Shown piece after piece: positions 53,272-63,596 of a stretch of DNA of 64,000 nucleotides. The DNA is from Candidatus Multivoradales bacterium. GTDB taxonomy: Bacteria; Acidobacteriota; Thermoanaerobaculia; Multivoradales; Multivoraceae. Location: contig CBDCWI010000002.1 of NCBI GenBank assembly GCA_965223325.1, positions 4,096,001-4,160,000 of the forward strand, in the 5' to 3' direction. The notes under the pieces are model-generated. The model had not been told where the DNA came from and ran no database searches. It was given only the letters and a program-made list of their open reading frames with translations. The stretch's first letter is position 1. The number at the start of each line of letters is the position of its first letter. Position numbers and translations under genes: made by a program.

Positions 53272-54645
53272 ATGTCTAGTGCACCTACTCCTGGCGCAGG
53301 GCGGGCCCCTGACGCGGCGCGGCCCGTGCCGAGCGGCAGAGTGGTACGCGGCGCGGTTGTGCTGCCGCCGTCGAAGAGTGTTTCTCACCGCTACCTGAAC
53401 CTTGCGCTGCTCGCAGGCGAGAGAGCCCGGGTGGGTCGAGTGCTCGAGGCAGAAGACACAGGGCTCTTCCTCGCCGGGCTTTCTGAGATGGGGTGGGGGG
53501 TATCAAAGAGCGCCGCCGGCGATGGTGCGTGGGACGTCGAGCTCGAGCCCCCCGGTTCGTCGGGTTGGAGTAAAGAACCCGAAGTCTTCTGTGGCAACGC
53601 CGGCACCTTCTTTCGCTTTCTGGTCGCCACTGCTTCGGTGTTGCCGACCGAGAAAATGCGCATCGATGGAACACCGCGCCTCTGTGAGCGCCCGATCGGC
53701 GCCTTGACCAGCACCCTCGGGGCGCTTGGTGCGCGCGTGGCCTTCGACGACCGCGACGGGTACGCGCCGCTCTTCGTTGAGGGCGCCACACTGGCCGGTG
53801 GTGCGGCGACGCTCGATGCTTCTGAATCGAGCCAATACCTTTCGGCGATTCTGATGGCCGGTCTTCGCGCTCCGCGGGCCATTGACCTCGAGGTCGAGGC
53901 GTTGGCCTCAGCCCCCTACATCGGCATTACCTTGCAGGCCATCGAGCGCTTCGGGGGCAGAGGCGCGGTGACCCACAACGACGCAACCGACCGCTACCGC
54001 ATCGAGCCCGTCGGTGCTCTTGGAGCAGCTGACCCGGTGGTCGAGGGCGATTGGTCAGCCGCCGGTTATCCGGCTGCGGCAGCGCTTCTCACCGGCGGCG
54101 AGGTCACCCTCCATGGTCTACGTCGCGATTCGGCACAGGGAGATCGTCGCATCCTGGAGCTTCTCGCTGCCGCTGGCGCGAGAGTCGAATGGCAGGAAGA
54201 CGTCTGCCATGTCGGGGCAGGGCCGTTACGGCCGCTCGGTGAAGTCGACCTCGGTGACGTGCCCGATCAGGTGCCGACAGTGGCTGCGGTTGCGGCGTTT
54301 CTGCCGGGCACCACGCGCATCGTCGGAGTGCCGCACCTGCGCATCAAGGAAAGCGACCGCTTAGCGGCGATGGCCAAAGAGCTCGCCCGAGGCGGTGCAT
54401 CGATCGAAGAACTACCCGCCGGGTTGGTGATCACGGGCGACCCTCAGTTCGGTGACGAGAATCGCGGCCAGGAGAAGAGCACCGTCGTCTGTGACAGTTG
54501 GGACGACCACCGGATTGCCATGGCCATGGCGCTCGTCGGACTGCGCCGTGGCGGCGTGTCGGTGGCGCATCCGGAGGTGGTCGGCAAGTCCTACCCGCAC
54601 TTCTGGGACCATCTCGACGAGCTGACGGGCGGGCGCAGCGTGTAA
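53272..54645 (+). CDS. aroA: 3-phosphoshikimate 1-carboxyvinyltransferase
   Basis: PPSKS.SHR, GNAGT, SSQY.SA, LRIKESDR, DHRIAMA, KSYP.F. Confidence 0.95.
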   Translation: MSSAPTPGAGRAPDAARPVPSGRVVRGAVVLPPSKSVSHRYLNLALLAGERARVGRVLEAEDTGLFLAGLSEMGWGVSKSAAGDGAWDVELEPPGSSGWSKEPEVFCGNAGTFFRFLVATASVLPTEKMRIDGTPRLCERPIGALTSTLGALGARVAFDDRDGYAPLFVEGATLAGGAATLDASESSQYLSAILMAGLRAPRAIDLEVEALASAPYIGITLQAIERFGGRGAVTHNDATDRYRIEPVGALGAADPVVEGDWSAAGYPAAAALLTGGEVTLHGLRRDSAQGDRRILELLAAAGARVEWQEDVCHVGAGPLRPLGEVDLGDVPDQVPTVAAVAAFLPGTTRIVGVPHLRIKESDRLAAMAKELARGGASIEELPAGLVITGDPQFGDENRGQEKSTVVCDSWDDHRIAMAMALVGLRRGGVSVAHPEVVGKSYPHFWDHLDELTGGRSV

Positions 54646-54678
54646 CGCTTGCCACGCGAGTCGGAAGAAGAGTGGGTC

Positions 54679-57600
54679 ATGCCCCCTCCTCTGGCTCATC
54701 TAGCGCTGCGGGATCAGGTATCGGTCCTGCGGGCGCGGGCAGGTCCACGATCTGCCGGAAGACTGCCCGAACGCTCGCGGGCCAGCGATCGTATGCGCGT
54801 CGCCGGGCTTCTCGAAGTCGCGGCGGCCCTCGCGCATGCAGAACGCGCCAGTTTCAGTCTCACCGGGTTCGATGAGCTCCTGCTCGATGACGAGGGGCGT
54901 CCGCTGGGGCTTTCGATCGCTGTTCAGCCAACGAGAGTGCCAACTCAAGAGCTGCTGACGCAGGCTGCCTACCGTCTGTTCGGTTCGAACAGCGACGCGG
55001 GTTCCGCTCTAGCGTTCGGTGGCGGTGAGGCCAAAGCCGCCGTCGCCTCGCTCCTCGAACGCTGGCGTCAATGCCTCACGCCGCTCTCTCCAGTCGACGC
55101 GGTCGACGGTATCTTGCGTGCCGCGCCGTTTCTCTGGTGGATGAAGAAAAGGGACCACCTCGCTGCGCTTGCGCTGGCGGTCGAAGATGACGTGTGGTTC
55201 GCCGCACCGACAGGCGCCCGCCGCCGGTTGTTTGACCGCGGGAGGGTGCCAGAGGACCTCGAGAAGACCTTCACCGTTCTGAAAGGGCCGACTGCCCAGG
55301 CTGCCTGGCTCGGTATTGCCGCGAGTACCCTCGAGCCAGGGCCACCCGAGCAGGCTCTGGCCAAGGCACGTGAGCTGGAGCGCGCCGGGCACCTTTTCCT
55401 TGCCCGTCGGGTGCTCGCCTCCCAGCAGAATCCCGATGCACTTCTCCTACGCGCGCGGATCGAGCTCGCGCTTGGTGAGGTCGGAACGGCCGCGCACGGG
55501 CTGCGGGCGCTTCGCCGCCGTGAACCGCCTCTTGCGACCCAGATCGATTCGATCGAGCTTGCCCTCCGGCTGTCGAAGCGTTGCCTCGACTCGGGGGCTC
55601 TCGCCGCCGAAGCGGTCTTTGCCGAACATCTGCTGGAAGCGGCTGCCCAGGCAGGCGACGAGGTGGTGCTGGGGCGCGCACAGCTTGCGGGGGCATGGGC
55701 AGCCCTAGACAACGGCGATCTGACGCTTGCGGCGGAACTGCTCGATCAAGCGGAGGAGGCTCGAGAGCCGGATCGTGAGCGCCTTGCACGACGGCATCAG
55801 GCGGCTGCTCAGCTCGCTTTCGTCCGGGGTCAGTGGCAAGACGCGGAGTCCCATCTCGGGCGGGCCCTGGGCGCGGTCACTCTGCGCCCGCGTCCCCGTG
55901 CATTGGTGGGCGGGCTGTGGAATGAGATGGCCCTCGCGAGAGCCGCCGGGGGTGACCTCCGCGGCGCGGAGCGTGCACTTCGCCATGCTCTCCGTCACCT
56001 GCGTGCCTGCGACGGTCCGAGTCACCTGGCTCTCGCCACGAGCAATCTCGCAGAGATCGCAGTCCGGCGCGGTCGAGTCTCGGGCGTCGAAGCGGTGCTC
56101 GATGCCTGCCTCGAGTTTCCGGAGACGTCGCGCAACCGGGCGGCGCGGGCGGCGGAAGAGGCACTCGCGGTGCGCCTTCTGATGGTCCGCGGCGCGCTCG
56201 AAGATGCGCTTCGTCTTTGTCGGCCTGCGTTGGAGGACGCCACCGGTTCTATGGACAAAGAGCGCCTGGCCCTTGCCGCACGCTGCCTCGCCTGGTCGGG
56301 GCGCGTGGCCGAGGCGGCCGAACTTCTCGAGCAGCTGGCAGACCATGATCTGGACCATCTCGAACCGGAGGAGCGTCTGGCAGTCCTCCTTCAAGCCGGT
56401 CAGAAGGAGCGGGCGCAGCAGCTCAATGCGCGACTGCCTGCACCGCTTCGTAGGTTCTGGAGTCCAATCGTGGCGCACCAGCCGGCTCTAGAGGTCAGTC
56501 TGCCAGCCATCGATGCCCTGAGGCTCGAGCCCTACCGCGCCGCGCGCCTGGTGCTCGACCTCCTACAGCTCGGTGTACCGGTTGCGCCTCCACTCGCAAC
56601 GCGAAGTGCCCGGGTCATGAGGGACCTCGGGGCTCGGGCCTTCGCCGGTCGAATCGAGGACGCCTCTGACCCGTGGAGTGCGCTCGCCGAGCTCCTGGTG
56701 CCGGAAGAGAACACGAAGAGGCTTGGCCTGACGGAGCGGATCGAGAGGTTATTCGCATCGCTTTCGTGCGCGCGTGGCGGTGTCTCGATCGGCGACGAAA
56801 CGGCTCCTCTTCGGAAGCTGGTCTTGCGGCCCGCCCCGACCGACGCGGTGACTGTCTCGCTGGTCGCGTTGAACCGGCGGGTTGAGTTGGCGCTGGTGGC
56901 GCAGGATTTCGAGCGGCTCGGGCGTAGCCGGGTGCGGGTTCTCGCCTGGGCGATTGCCTGCGCGGCATGGGAGTCGACCCTGGCCGAGGAGCGACCGGGA
57001 CGGGGGCACGAGCCGCTCTTTGTTGCGGAAGATGTTGCCGAAGATGTAGCCGACAATGTTGCTGAAGATGATGTGGGAGCGAAGGCGTGCGACGGGCTAC
57101 GCCGGTCAGAAACGGCAGAGCCGAACGATGGCATCGTTGGCCGTTCTGCGCCCCTTCTCGAGGCGCTCGAGAATGTCTCCCGGCTGGCGCCCGCTGCGAT
57201 CCCGGTGCTGGTGCTTGGCGAAACCGGAACCGGTAAGGAGCTCATCGCCAGGCGCCTACACGCCTTGAGCCGTCGCGCCGAGAAGCGTTTTCTGGCCGTC
57301 AACTGTGCGACCCTGCAGAACGAGAATCTGGTCTTGGCCGAGCTCTTTGGGCACGCCAAGGGCGCCTTCACCGGGGCGCACGCGGCGCGCCCGGGTGTCT
57401 TCGAGTCGGCGCACGAGGGGACAGTCTTTCTCGACGAGATTGGCGACCTGCCCGAGAACGCGCAAGGCATGTTGCTGCGAGTGCTGCAAGAGGGTGAAGT
57501 GCGCCGCCTGGGTGAACTGCGCGACCGATCGGTCGACGTACGCATCGTCGCGGCGACTCACAACGACCTCGCTCTGTTGGTGCGCGAGGGGCGTTTCAGG

Positions 57601-58068
57601 CAGGACTTGTATTTTCGCCTGGCGGGGGCGTTGGTGGAGCTGCCGCCGCTTAGAGAGCGCGGCTCGGATGCTGAACTACTGGCCGCGTTTTTCCTCGAGC
57701 GCCTGGACCCGTGGGCGCGGTTGGCCGACTGCGCCTTGCGTGCGATTCGCGAGCACACCTGGCCCGGAAACGTTCGCCAACTGCAGAACGCGCTGGCCGT
57801 GGCAGTGACCTTTGGAGCCGTCCAGCAGCAAGAGCCCTGGGTCCTCACGGCAGAACATCTCGGCCTGGGCTCTAGCCCGCAAGAGAGCCCGGAGCACGCC
57901 GCGCCATCAGAAACCGCCACCTACAGGGAGTGCGTCTTCAACTATCGTCGCCAGCTGATTGCCGATGCCCTCGAGCGCTCCGGCGGCAACCAGGCAGCGG
58001 CTGCCCGCCAGCTCGGCCTCAAGCGGCAGTCGCTGCGCTACAACATGAAAGCGCTCGGTCTCTTGTGA
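54679..58068 (+). CDS. Large sigma54-dependent activator (pseudokinase-like N-terminus, TPR-like repeats, AAA+, Fis HTH)
   Basis: GETGTGKE, ELFGHAKGAFTGA, FLDEIG, FRQDLYFRL, WPGNVRQL, GNQAAAARQLG. Confidence 0.9.
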   Translation: MPPPLAHLALRDQVSVLRARAGPRSAGRLPERSRASDRMRVAGLLEVAAALAHAERASFSLTGFDELLLDDEGRPLGLSIAVQPTRVPTQELLTQAAYRLFGSNSDAGSALAFGGGEAKAAVASLLERWRQCLTPLSPVDAVDGILRAAPFLWWMKKRDHLAALALAVEDDVWFAAPTGARRRLFDRGRVPEDLEKTFTVLKGPTAQAAWLGIAASTLEPGPPEQALAKARELERAGHLFLARRVLASQQNPDALLLRARIELALGEVGTAAHGLRALRRREPPLATQIDSIELALRLSKRCLDSGALAAEAVFAEHLLEAAAQAGDEVVLGRAQLAGAWAALDNGDLTLAAELLDQAEEAREPDRERLARRHQAAAQLAFVRGQWQDAESHLGRALGAVTLRPRPRALVGGLWNEMALARAAGGDLRGAERALRHALRHLRACDGPSHLALATSNLAEIAVRRGRVSGVEAVLDACLEFPETSRNRAARAAEEALAVRLLMVRGALEDALRLCRPALEDATGSMDKERLALAARCLAWSGRVAEAAELLEQLADHDLDHLEPEERLAVLLQAGQKERAQQLNARLPAPLRRFWSPIVAHQPALEVSLPAIDALRLEPYRAARLVLDLLQLGVPVAPPLATRSARVMRDLGARAFAGRIEDASDPWSALAELLVPEENTKRLGLTERIERLFASLSCARGGVSIGDETAPLRKLVLRPAPTDAVTVSLVALNRRVELALVAQDFERLGRSRVRVLAWAIACAAWESTLAEERPGRGHEPLFVAEDVAEDVADNVAEDDVGAKACDGLRRSETAEPNDGIVGRSAPLLEALENVSRLAPAAIPVLVLGETGTGKELIARRLHALSRRAEKRFLAVNCATLQNENLVLAELFGHAKGAFTGAHAARPGVFESAHEGTVFLDEIGDLPENAQGMLLRVLQEGEVRRLGELRDRSVDVRIVAATHNDLALLVREGRFRQDLYFRLAGALVELPPLRERGSDAELLAAFFLERLDPWARLADCALRAIREHTWPGNVRQLQNALAVAVTFGAVQQQEPWVLTAEHLGLGSSPQESPEHAAPSETATYRECVFNYRRQLIADALERSGGNQAAAARQLGLKRQSLRYNMKALGLL

Positions 58069-58071
58069 CGT

Positions 58072-60675
58072 TCAGAGCATCTCTGCGAGCTTCTCGAGCG
58101 CTGCCAACAGGTCGGGCTCATCTTCGAGCACCCCGGCGAGCGGATCACTCTTCTGGCGTTTGAGGCGCTTGGGGACGCTCCTGATGTTCCACTGCTCGAT
58201 GGTGAGCTTGTTGGTGACTTCGCGCCAACGAAGCGGCGTGGAAACGGGCGCCTGCAGTTTAGGGCGCACGCTGAACGGCGCGACCAGCAAGCGGCCGCGA
58301 CCGTTCTGTACGTAGTCGACGTAGACCCGGCCATCGCGCTTGGCCGGGTTGCGAATCACGGTGGCGATGTCGTCGTGTTGCTGCGCAATCACCGTTGCCA
58401 AAAGCTGCGCCAGAGTGCGCGACTGTTGGTAGTCGAACGCGCCTCCCAGCGGCAAGAGAACGTGGATGCCACTCGAGCCGCTGGTCTTGGCGTAGGACGG
58501 CAGGCCGATCTCGTCGCAGACCTTTTTGATGGCCTTGGCCAGCTTGACGACATCGGTGAACGGTGCTTCCTTCGGGTCGAGGTCGAGGATGCACCAGTCG
58601 GGTCGGTCGAGGGTCGTCAGCCGACTCGACCAGACGTGCAGGACAATCGCGCCCAGGTTGGCGAGGTAGAGGAGCGTTTCTTCGTCGTTGACGACGAAGT
58701 ATTCGATGTCTCGTTCGCCGCCCCCGGAGGAAATGGTCTCGGTGTGCACCCAGTCGGGTGCGAAGTCGGGGGCGTTCTTCTGGAAGAAGGACTTGCCGTG
58801 GATGCCGTCGGGGTAGCGAGTGAGTACGACGGGGCGATCCTCGAGGTAGCGCAGCATGGTTGGCGCCGCCTGGCGATAGAACTCGATCATGTCGCCCTTG
58901 GTGTAGCCGTCTTCGGGCCAGAAGATCTTGTCGAGGTTCGAGAAGGTGGGCTTCGGGCGCTCCGGGGCTTCGACCTGCGGGGCGGGCGGCTCATCGTCGC
59001 CGGCCGCGTGCGCTCGGCTGCGGCCGCGCCCCGTTGCTTCGAACGGTGGCTTGTCCGGTCGCAGGTGGAGATAGACCGGGTGTCGCAGCATGTGGAGATG
59101 CGTCCACTCCTTGTAGCGCACCTCACACACCAGCTCGGGTTCTGCCCACAGGTGTTTCCCGGTCGCGGGCAGTTCGGTGTCCGGCGCGGCACGGCAAGGC
59201 GGGTCGGGTCGTTCGAGGGCGCGCAGCTGCTCCGACAATGTGCGCAGCTTGTGCTCGTCAAAGCCTGTACCCACCCGCCCGGCATAGATCAGGTCGAGTT
59301 CTTCCTCGCCGGCGTTTTCGGGTGCTTGAATCGCAAGATGAAGTGCACCGAAGCCTGTCCGGTTCTTGCCCTTCTCCGGCAGGGTCATGCCGACGATCAC
59401 GAAGTCGCCGGTTTGCTCGTAACGGTACTTGAGCCAGTCCGTTGAGCGCCGCCCGACGTAGGCCGCGGCGCCGTCTTTAGCCACCATGCCTTCGAGTCCC
59501 ATGCCGCCGATGTGTGCGAAGAGCTCCTTGCCGCGTTCTTCGATGTGATCGCAAAAGCGCAGCGGACCGGCAGGCGGTACGACTTCCTGCAGGAGGCCCT
59601 TGCGCTCCACCGTCTTAAGGGCGCGCAGATCGTAGCCGCAGAACGAAAGCATGTCGAAAGCGAACAGGGTCGCGGGGTGCTCGAGAGTGGCACGCTCGAT
59701 GTCGACCGTCTTGGTGAGCATGGCGCGCCTCTGCAGGCGATTGAACGACGGGTGGCCTTCCGCGTCGAGAACCACGACCTCGCCGTCGAGCACCAGGTCG
59801 TCGACCGGCCAGCGCTCGAGCGCGCGCGCGATCTCGGGGAAGAGCGCCGTGGCGTCGTGCCCGTTGCGATAGCGCAGATACGGCTTGCCGTCGACCTTGG
59901 CGGCGATCAGCCGGTAGCCGTCGTACTTGAGCTCGTAGATCCACCCTTTCCGAGAGCGTGGCTCGTCATCGAGGGTCGCCAGCATGGGTTTCACCTTCTG
60001 CGGCGAGACTTTCTTTTTCGGTGCTCCGAGTTCCTTCGCCGACTCGAGCACTGCTTCCATGCGCGTACTGCCGCTCGCCAGTTCTTCGACCGTCAGCCCC
60101 GAGATCACCGAGGTCTCTGGAAAGTACTCTCCTCCTTTGCGGGCCGCTCCGTCGGGCTTCTTCATCAGCAGCCAGGACTTGTCTTCGTCGCGGCTCTTGC
60201 CGCGCTGAGCGACGGGCGGCTTGATGCGAAAGATCGTCCAGACCCCGTGTAGCTTGTAGCCCCGCAGCTCGAAGAGCAGCTTGCCCTTCTCCCATCCCTC
60301 GAACGGGTCTTCGAGTGGAATCCATCGCCCGCGATCCCAGACGATCATGGCGCCGGCGCCGTAGTTCCCTTCGGGGATCACCCCCTCGAAGTCGCCGTAC
60401 TCGAAGGGATGGTCTTCGGTTTCGGCGGCGAAACGCTTCTCTTCCGGGTCGAGTGAGAAGCCCTTCGGTACTGCCCACGACTTGAGCACTCCGCAGTGTT
60501 CGAGCCGCAGGTCGTAGTGCAGGCGGGTGGCGGCATGCTTCTGCACCACGAAGAGGCCGCCAACCTTACGCGATTCTGCGTCGCCGACCTCGCCGCCGAA
60601 GGGCTCCGGCGTCGCGTCGCCGGAGCGCATTTCGCGGTACTTGCGAAGCGAGTCAAGATCGTACTTTCGGGGCAT
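58072..60675 (-). CDS. ligD: NHEJ DNA ligase D (phosphoesterase-ligase-polymerase)
   Basis: QKHAATRLHYDLRLE, ELKYDGYR, EGMVAK, RYPDG, DLDP, KTSG..G.H. Confidence 0.96.
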   Translation of the reverse strand: MPRKYDLDSLRKYREMRSGDATPEPFGGEVGDAESRKVGGLFVVQKHAATRLHYDLRLEHCGVLKSWAVPKGFSLDPEEKRFAAETEDHPFEYGDFEGVIPEGNYGAGAMIVWDRGRWIPLEDPFEGWEKGKLLFELRGYKLHGVWTIFRIKPPVAQRGKSRDEDKSWLLMKKPDGAARKGGEYFPETSVISGLTVEELASGSTRMEAVLESAKELGAPKKKVSPQKVKPMLATLDDEPRSRKGWIYELKYDGYRLIAAKVDGKPYLRYRNGHDATALFPEIARALERWPVDDLVLDGEVVVLDAEGHPSFNRLQRRAMLTKTVDIERATLEHPATLFAFDMLSFCGYDLRALKTVERKGLLQEVVPPAGPLRFCDHIEERGKELFAHIGGMGLEGMVAKDGAAAYVGRRSTDWLKYRYEQTGDFVIVGMTLPEKGKNRTGFGALHLAIQAPENAGEEELDLIYAGRVGTGFDEHKLRTLSEQLRALERPDPPCRAAPDTELPATGKHLWAEPELVCEVRYKEWTHLHMLRHPVYLHLRPDKPPFEATGRGRSRAHAAGDDEPPAPQVEAPERPKPTFSNLDKIFWPEDGYTKGDMIEFYRQAAPTMLRYLEDRPVVLTRYPDGIHGKSFFQKNAPDFAPDWVHTETISSGGGERDIEYFVVNDEETLLYLANLGAIVLHVWSSRLTTLDRPDWCILDLDPKEAPFTDVVKLAKAIKKVCDEIGLPSYAKTSGSSGIHVLLPLGGAFDYQQSRTLAQLLATVIAQQHDDIATVIRNPAKRDGRVYVDYVQNGRGRLLVAPFSVRPKLQAPVSTPLRWREVTNKLTIEQWNIRSVPKRLKRQKSDPLAGVLEDEPDLLAALEKLAEML

Positions 60676-60746
60676 TGAAGGACCATCTTAGCCAGTGGTT
60701 ACTGGCGCTACGTCAGGCCGCGGATCGTAGCCTGGGCGTCGCCCCG

Positions 60747-60755
60747 TGGTAATCT
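60747..60755 (+). promoter_or_regulatory. Extended -10 promoter for leaderless ku
   Basis: TG-G-TAATCT followed by 6 nt and the ku ATG; no SD. Confidence 0.55.
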
Positions 60756-60761
60756 CGCAAG

Positions 60762-61634
60762 ATGCCTGCTCGTCCAATCAGCTCGGGAAACATCTCGTTC
60801 GGGCTCGTCTCGATTCCGGTCAAGATGTACCCCACGACCGACCACAGCGCCTCCATTCGCTTCAACATGCTCGACCCCAGCGACGGTACGCGGGTCAAGC
60901 AGCAGTACATCAACCCCGGAACCGGCGAGATCGTCAAGCGCAACCAGATGGTGAAGGGCTACGAGTTCTCGAAGGGGCAGTACGTCACCTTCACCAATGA
61001 AGAGATCGCCGACCTCGCACAGAAAGCGTCTCCGTCGATCGCCATCACCGAGTTCGTGCCCATGGAAGAAGTCGAGCCGATCTTCTACGACAACGCCTAC
61101 TTCCTCGGCCCGGAGACCGGCGGTGAGCGCGCCTACAAACTGCTCTCCGTTGCCATGCGCGAGACCGAACGCTGCGCATTGGCCCGCTATGCGGCGCGGG
61201 GCAAGCAGTACCTGGTGATGATTCGCCCCTTCGAAGACGGCGTCATCATGCAGCAAATGCACTACGCCGACGAGGTGCGTTCTTTTTCCGAAGTCCCACT
61301 TGGTGAAGACGAGATCGAGATTGAGGAGGCTGAGCTCAACCTGGCCAAGCAGCTCATCGAGCAGATCGCCAGTGACGCCTTCGAGCCCGGGAAGTACGAA
61401 GACGAAGTGCGCAAGCGTCTGTGGGAAGCCATTCAGGCCAAGGTGGCGGGTAAAGAAGTCACCATCGAAGAAGAGGCACCCAAGGCCAAGATCATCGACC
61501 TCATGGAGGCTCTCAAGAAGAGCCTTGCAGACGACGACGCCGGTTCCGACGCCAAGCCAGCCAAGAAGAGGGCCAAGGCCAAGAAAAAGTCCAGCAAGAA
61601 GGCGTCTCGCAAGAAGAAGACTGCAACCGGGTGA
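60762..61634 (+). CDS. ku: Ku protein (NHEJ)
   Basis: ISFGLVSIPVK, VKGYE, Y.L.P, YEDE, IIDLMEALKKSL; basic C-terminal tail. Confidence 0.96.
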   Translation: MPARPISSGNISFGLVSIPVKMYPTTDHSASIRFNMLDPSDGTRVKQQYINPGTGEIVKRNQMVKGYEFSKGQYVTFTNEEIADLAQKASPSIAITEFVPMEEVEPIFYDNAYFLGPETGGERAYKLLSVAMRETERCALARYAARGKQYLVMIRPFEDGVIMQQMHYADEVRSFSEVPLGEDEIEIEEAELNLAKQLIEQIASDAFEPGKYEDEVRKRLWEAIQAKVAGKEVTIEEEAPKAKIIDLMEALKKSLADDDAGSDAKPAKKRAKAKKKSSKKASRKKKTATG

Positions 61635-61671
61635 CCAGTTTCCTGCGACGCTGCTTGCGGCCCGAGCCTCG

Positions 61672-62286
61672 ATGACCGACGACAAGTCCAAGGGCTCCGG
61701 GAGTCATGACCGTTCGCGGCGTCGAGCGGCCCGTATCGAACCGGTAGGCGGCCAGTTGCCACTTCCGCTGTGGGAGCCCAGTGAGGAGGGTTACCAGGGT
61801 GCTCGCGTTCTCTCGTGGCGTCCCGCCGAGCCGAAAGAAGATGAGCTGCCCGTTGTGTCAGAAGCGTCGCTCAAGGGGTACGACGATCGAGAGGCCGCTG
61901 CAGGTTCGGTTGACGAAGAGGACTCCAGCGAACCCGAAGCCCTCGAGCAAGAGGCATTCGAAGGCGCGGCCGCAGCCTATGAAGCAGGTGACCTCGCGTT
62001 GGCCATACGTCTTTACCGGTTGGTCGTAAGGAGCACTCCCGGGGATGCGACCGCCTGGTTCAACCTCGGCGTTGCACTCGAAGAACAGGGTTCTGACGAG
62101 CATGCTCAGGCCGCCTACGCCAAGGTAACCGAAGTCGACCCCGGGTTTGCCGACGCCTGGTGGAACGCCGCCCGGCTGCATGAGAAGCACGGCCGCAAGT
62201 CGCTCGCCATCCAGTGCTTCAAGGAGTACAAGGCCTGCGGGTCAACGCTTTTAGAACACCCCGAAGATCCCGAGACCGCGACATGA
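61672..62286 (+). CDS. TPR protein downstream of ku
   Basis: AWFNLGVALEEQG and FADAWWNAARLHEK TPR repeats. Confidence 0.8.
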   Translation: MTDDKSKGSGSHDRSRRRAARIEPVGGQLPLPLWEPSEEGYQGARVLSWRPAEPKEDELPVVSEASLKGYDDREAAAGSVDEEDSSEPEALEQEAFEGAAAAYEAGDLALAIRLYRLVVRSTPGDATAWFNLGVALEEQGSDEHAQAAYAKVTEVDPGFADAWWNAARLHEKHGRKSLAIQCFKEYKACGSTLLEHPEDPETAT

Positions 62287-62550
62287 CGGCCAGGCGCTCG
62301 AGCATCGAGTGCGCCACGGGACGGGCCAGTTCACCGCTCGGACCCCCTGGAAAGTGCGTAGGGCGGGAATTTTCTGGGCTTACTAGCCTGTTTTTCTGGT
62401 GCGATCGATGGATCGCGGCGGGCTTCGGCCTGCTACAGTTCCGGTCCCGAAAGCCGACCTTGGCCGAGGAGCGTGATCGCCATCACGCAGTTCCGCCAGG
62501 GCGCTAGCGCGAGATCGGGCGCACCGCAAATCAACATAAGGAGAGAACTG

Positions 62551-63072
62551 ATCGCAAAGTACGACCGGGGACCACGAACCAACAACCGCATTCGAAAGAG
62601 TCCCGTAAGGCTGATCGACGCCGATGGAACCAACTACCCCTCCATCTCGCTCGATGAAGCCAAAGAAAAGGCCCAGGCACAGTCCCTCGATCTCGTCGAG
62701 GTTGGCCCTGAGGCCGATCCACCAGTCGTCAAAATCATGGACTGGGGGAAAGTCAAGTTCGAGCGTGACAAAAAAGCCCGTGAGTCACGCAAGAAGACCA
62801 CCACCGTCGAGGTCAAAGAGGTCAAGTACCGTCCGACGATCGAGTCGCACGACTTTGACATCAAGACCAAGCGCGCCCGCCGCTTCCTCACCGAAGGCAA
62901 ACGCGTCAAGGTAACGATCTTCTTCCGCTACCGGCAGCTCCGCCGTCCGGAGCTCGGTATCCAGATTCTCGACAAGGTCCAGGAAGAGCTGGCAGACGTC
63001 GCCGAGATCGAGACCCGCACAGGACTCGAAGGCCGGCAGATGCTCATGCTGCTCAACCCCAAGCCGAACTAA
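62551..63072 (+). CDS. infC: Translation initiation factor IF-3 (non-canonical AUC start)
   Basis: N.RI...VRLID, LDLVEV, PPVVKIMD.GK, VKEVK.RP.I..HD; AAGGAG SD 7 nt before in-frame ATC 62551. Confidence 0.93.
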   Translation: MAKYDRGPRTNNRIRKSPVRLIDADGTNYPSISLDEAKEKAQAQSLDLVEVGPEADPPVVKIMDWGKVKFERDKKARESRKKTTTVEVKEVKYRPTIESHDFDIKTKRARRFLTEGKRVKVTIFFRYRQLRRPELGIQILDKVQEELADVAEIETRTGLEGRQMLMLLNPKPN

Positions 63073-63496
63073 GCCAAGGCCTCGGCCAGCAGCGCAACGC
63101 CTGCGAGGATCGTTGACGAACCGCGCGGCTCTCCTGAGCCGCGTGGACGTTCACGTGGGTGCCAGTCCATGAGAAGCAGGCCCTACGAGGCCGCAAGCCC
63201 TCAGTCGCAGCGGCCCTCCCAAAGAAGTCGGAGCCCGATCCCCTTCGCGAGCCGGGTTGGGTTATATGGAACTCGTGTTCCACATTGACCCAGCCACCCG
63301 ATCAACAAACGCCCAGGATTCCGCGGCCCGCGCCAGGGCGCGCGCGAACTACACCGCGCCAGCGCGCCGCCTTTCAGACCTCCGTCCAGCAAAGACGGAC
63401 GAGATGGTCCGCCTTTCCAACCGCCGGAATGTCGAACCCAGGACCCGAAGTGCAATGTCACCGGGTGCCCAAGGGATCATCGCCAGACGCCAGCGG

Positions 63497-63561
63497 TACA
63501 ATTATGTGGACGCGAGCGGCGGTGTTCGCTGTTTTCGTTCCATTGAATAACACTGTTCGGC
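63497..63561 (+). other. Putative integron attI-like site with upstream Pc-like -10
   Basis: TACAAT at 63497-63502; TGAATAACACT|GTTCGGC (GTT at 63555) resembles attI1 TAAAACAAA|GTTAGGC. Confidence 0.45.
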
Positions 63562-63596
63562 GGCTTTGGGGAACGTAAGCCGGGAGGCGATTGGCT

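Noticed and set aside
63201-63461. Integrase remnant on the minus strand
   Set aside because: No tyrosine-recombinase motifs (HxLRH, LGH, Y); similarity is limited to a short 'LLD'
63524-63540. LexA box GTTC-Nx-GTTC near the attI-like site
   Set aside because: Spacer is 9 nt rather than 7
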